From assembly GCA_049644665.1 (NCBI GenBank), contig JBARSI010000045.1, forward strand, positions 1-59,558: DNA of 59,558 bases, read 5' to 3'. The notes beneath the pieces were generated by a model, which was not told the origin of the DNA, searched no databases, and saw nothing but the letters and a program-made list of their open reading frames with translations. The DNA is from Anaerolineales bacterium (lineage in GTDB: Bacteria > Chloroflexota > Anaerolineae > Anaerolineales > E44-bin32). Of the stretch, positions 57,625 through 59,558 are shown piece by piece. Made by a program: the position numbers and the translations under genes. Positions within the stretch are counted from its first letter, which is position 1. Every line of letters starts with the position of its first letter.

Positions 57625-59558
57625 ATGAAGCAACTACCCCCCGATCATAGATCCTTTTCTGCAAAACATATCCTCAGAGTTACGCTCCTTATCTTGACGA
57701 TCAGCGCTTGCAGCGCTTCGGGCGTTCCTTCCATGGCCAGTTCTGCCGGCTCTCTCTTCGAAGGATCGCTCACAGGCGCGCTTTCGCAAACCACCGATAT
57801 TTCAAAAGGGACGGCGGACTATGTAGCTTCGATCCCTTCGGGTTCAAGTGAAAAACCTAATCCAGACATTATTTTCTCCAACATCTCGATCGAGCAGGGG
57901 CTTTCCCAGAGCGTCGTGATATGTATTCTCCAAGACAGCCAAGGATTCTTATGGTTCGGCACCCAGGATGGGCTAAATCGGTATGATGGCTATGAATTCA
58001 AGATCTATAAAAACGACCCCGATGACATCCAAAGCCTAAGCAATGACTGGGTGACCTCGATCGTTGAAGAATCCGATGGTACGCTCTGGATCGGCACGCT
58101 TGGAGGGGGGTTAAATAAATTCGATCGTGGAACAGATCAATTCACACGTTTTATAAATAATCCGGAAGATCCAAACAGCATCAGTAGCGATATCGTGACA
58201 GAAATTATCATCGACCCTGAAGGCTCGCTCTGGGTCGGAACTAATGGCGGGGGACTGAATCTATTCGATCGTGAATCAAACACTTTCACGTCGTATCTAA
58301 ATGACCCAACGGATCCAGGCAGTATTTCTTACAACAGCATCTCATCCCTTCTGATTGACCGAAACAGTCGATTTTGGGTTGGTACCAATAATGGAGGCTT
58401 GAATCTTTTTTACCCCGATTCGGGCACCTTCACCTCCTACCAAAATGACCCCGAGGATCCTTACACTGTGAGTGGTAACAACATCAATAGTCTCATCGAA
58501 GATAAGGATGGGATATTGTGGGTTGGAACCGCTGGTGCAGGGTTGAATCGATTCGAACCAGATATCGAACATTTCCAACATTTCCCGCAAGACGAAAAGG
58601 GTACTGAGGGTTTCAGCAACGAATCAATCGAAGTGATCCTTGAAGACAGCTCTGGTGTACTCTGGGTGGGCATTGATGGAGGCGGCTTAATCGCCCTTGA
58701 TCGAGCTACAGGCAACTATACACATTATTACCACGATCCTTCCAACCCAAACAGCCTTAGCAACAGTCAAATCCTATCCGCATACGAAGATAATGCGGGC
58801 ATCCTCTGGTTTGGGACTTTTGGAGGCGGGGTAAACAAATATGATCCGAGTGCGTCGAAGTTTAACCTCATCCGCAGCAACCCGGATGAACCCAACGGAC
58901 TGAACGACAGCAGTGTTTGGGGGATATTCGAAGACCGATCGGGTGTGCTTTGGATTGGCACGAGTTCAGGAGGGTTGAATCGTTACGACCGCAGAACAGG
59001 ACTATGGCGTCATTACATGTCGGATCCTGAGGATCCCGACAGCATAAGCAGCAATACGGTAATGATCATCACAGAAGACTCGGATGGAATGTTCTGGATA
59101 GGTACCTGGGGAGGTGGATTAAATCGATTAAACCCTCGGACTGGAAAGTTCACCTCGTACGATACTGCCCCTCTGATCCTTGCGTTACACATTGATCCCT
59201 CTGGTCTTTTGTGGGTAGGGGGTGCTCAAGGGCTCAGTATTATGAACCGGGAAACCGGCGAGGTCACATCGTTTGAGGACAACCCTAAAGCGCCTGAGAG
59301 CCTGTCAAACACGATCTACACAATCGATGAGGGAAGGGATGGGATTGTGTGGGTTGGGATGTTGAATGGAGGATTAGTCGGGATTGATCTGGAAAATGAC
59401 ACGTTCACACAATATCTGAACGACCCCGATGATCCTGACAGTTTGGGAGATGACATTCTTCTGGATGTTCACCTGGATCAGAGTGGCGTACTTTGGGCTG
59501 CGACGGTCAGCGGCCTGGATCGTCTGCTGCCCGAATCGGGAACCTTCAAGCACTATCG
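57625..59558 (+). CDS. Large sensor protein, N-terminal two-component-regulator beta-propeller (Reg_prop) repeats; 3' end outside the window
   Basis: Open frame from ATG 57625 to the window edge (about 644 codons, no stop). Not in the ORF track because it is unterminated. Signal/lipobox LLILTISAC. At least 12 repeats of the type D..G.LW(I/V)GT.GGGLN.(F/Y)D...(F)T.Y..DP.DP.S(L/I)S. Confidence 0.85.
   Translation, partial: MKQLPPDHRSFSAKHILRVTLLILTISACSASGVPSMASSAGSLFEGSLTGALSQTTDISKGTADYVASIPSGSSEKPNPDIIFSNISIEQGLSQSVVICILQDSQGFLWFGTQDGLNRYDGYEFKIYKNDPDDIQSLSNDWVTSIVEESDGTLWIGTLGGGLNKFDRGTDQFTRFINNPEDPNSISSDIVTEIIIDPEGSLWVGTNGGGLNLFDRESNTFTSYLNDPTDPGSISYNSISSLLIDRNSRFWVGTNNGGLNLFYPDSGTFTSYQNDPEDPYTVSGNNINSLIEDKDGILWVGTAGAGLNRFEPDIEHFQHFPQDEKGTEGFSNESIEVILEDSSGVLWVGIDGGGLIALDRATGNYTHYYHDPSNPNSLSNSQILSAYEDNAGILWFGTFGGGVNKYDPSASKFNLIRSNPDEPNGLNDSSVWGIFEDRSGVLWIGTSSGGLNRYDRRTGLWRHYMSDPEDPDSISSNTVMIITEDSDGMFWIGTWGGGLNRLNPRTGKFTSYDTAPLILALHIDPSGLLWVGGAQGLSIMNRETGEVTSFEDNPKAPESLSNTIYTIDEGRDGIVWVGMLNGGLVGIDLENDTFTQYLNDPDDPDSLGDDILLDVHLDQSGVLWAATVSGLDRLLPESGTFKHY

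Noticed and set aside
1-59558. Search by eye for CRISPR arrays, rRNA, tRNA, RNase P/tmRNA/SRP hallmarks, reverse transcriptases (retron, DGR, group II intron) and cas/TnpB-like genes
   Set aside because: None was recognised. All intergenic gaps over 75 nt were read and lack regular repeat-spacer structure or tRNA cloverleaf potential. This is a visual negative, so a tRNAscan, Infernal or minCED run would be needed for certainty.

Overview
Bacterial chromosomal window, mostly minus-strand operons. PT-rich linkers, a cohesin module and membrane-tethered HTH regulators hint at a Chloroflexota/Anaerolineae-like organism, but this is inference only. Three parts can be distinguished. (1) 1-7.9 kb is a visibly more A+T-rich accessory region. 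It holds an IS481-type transposase, a membrane-anchored cohesin protein, a self-contained RHH + 297-aa two-gene module with its own promoter and operator, a membrane-spanning protein with an external staphylococcal-nuclease/Excalibur domain, a polyprenyl-phosphate sugar transferase and an intact tyrosine integrase. (2) 8-52 kb is mainly housekeeping. It holds a Zn-ribbon protein + TM-NACHT-HEAT NTPase, pgeF-yggS-yggT-DUF167, a thiol-redox cluster (Grx-DUF2085, TlpA, CcdA) and the csoR-copZ-copA copper operon with a candidate operator. It continues with MFS, MogA, GNAT, a PHP + AlbA_2 (Schlafen-like) protein, a CheY-like receiver, Lon and Hsp20. Next come a cNMP-binding protein, MBL hydrolase, ABC transporter, Lgt, CDP-alcohol transferase, FtsK, an S1 protein and a 7TM-GAF-HTH regulator. 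The part ends with PNP, a XerD-like protein apparently lacking the catalytic Tyr, DegV, PolX, a CAP lipoprotein, a PHP hydrolase, UvrB and an OmpR/HK two-component operon. (3) 53-59.6 kb is a more A+T-rich regulatory region. It holds a MalT/LuxR-type STAND regulator, a 1.27-kb low-coding gap with a small basic ORF, a 17-bp hairpin and a possible IS630-like remnant, and the 5' part of a large beta-propeller (Reg_prop) sensor that runs off the window. I recognised no rRNA, tRNA or CRISPR array by eye. The best candidates for something undescribed are the RHH + 297-aa module, the transmembrane nuclease in the island, the PHP-AlbA_2 protein and the Zn-ribbon/TM-NACHT-HEAT pair. None can be assigned a function from sequence alone. 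All domain calls rest on motif recognition by eye, not on database searches.
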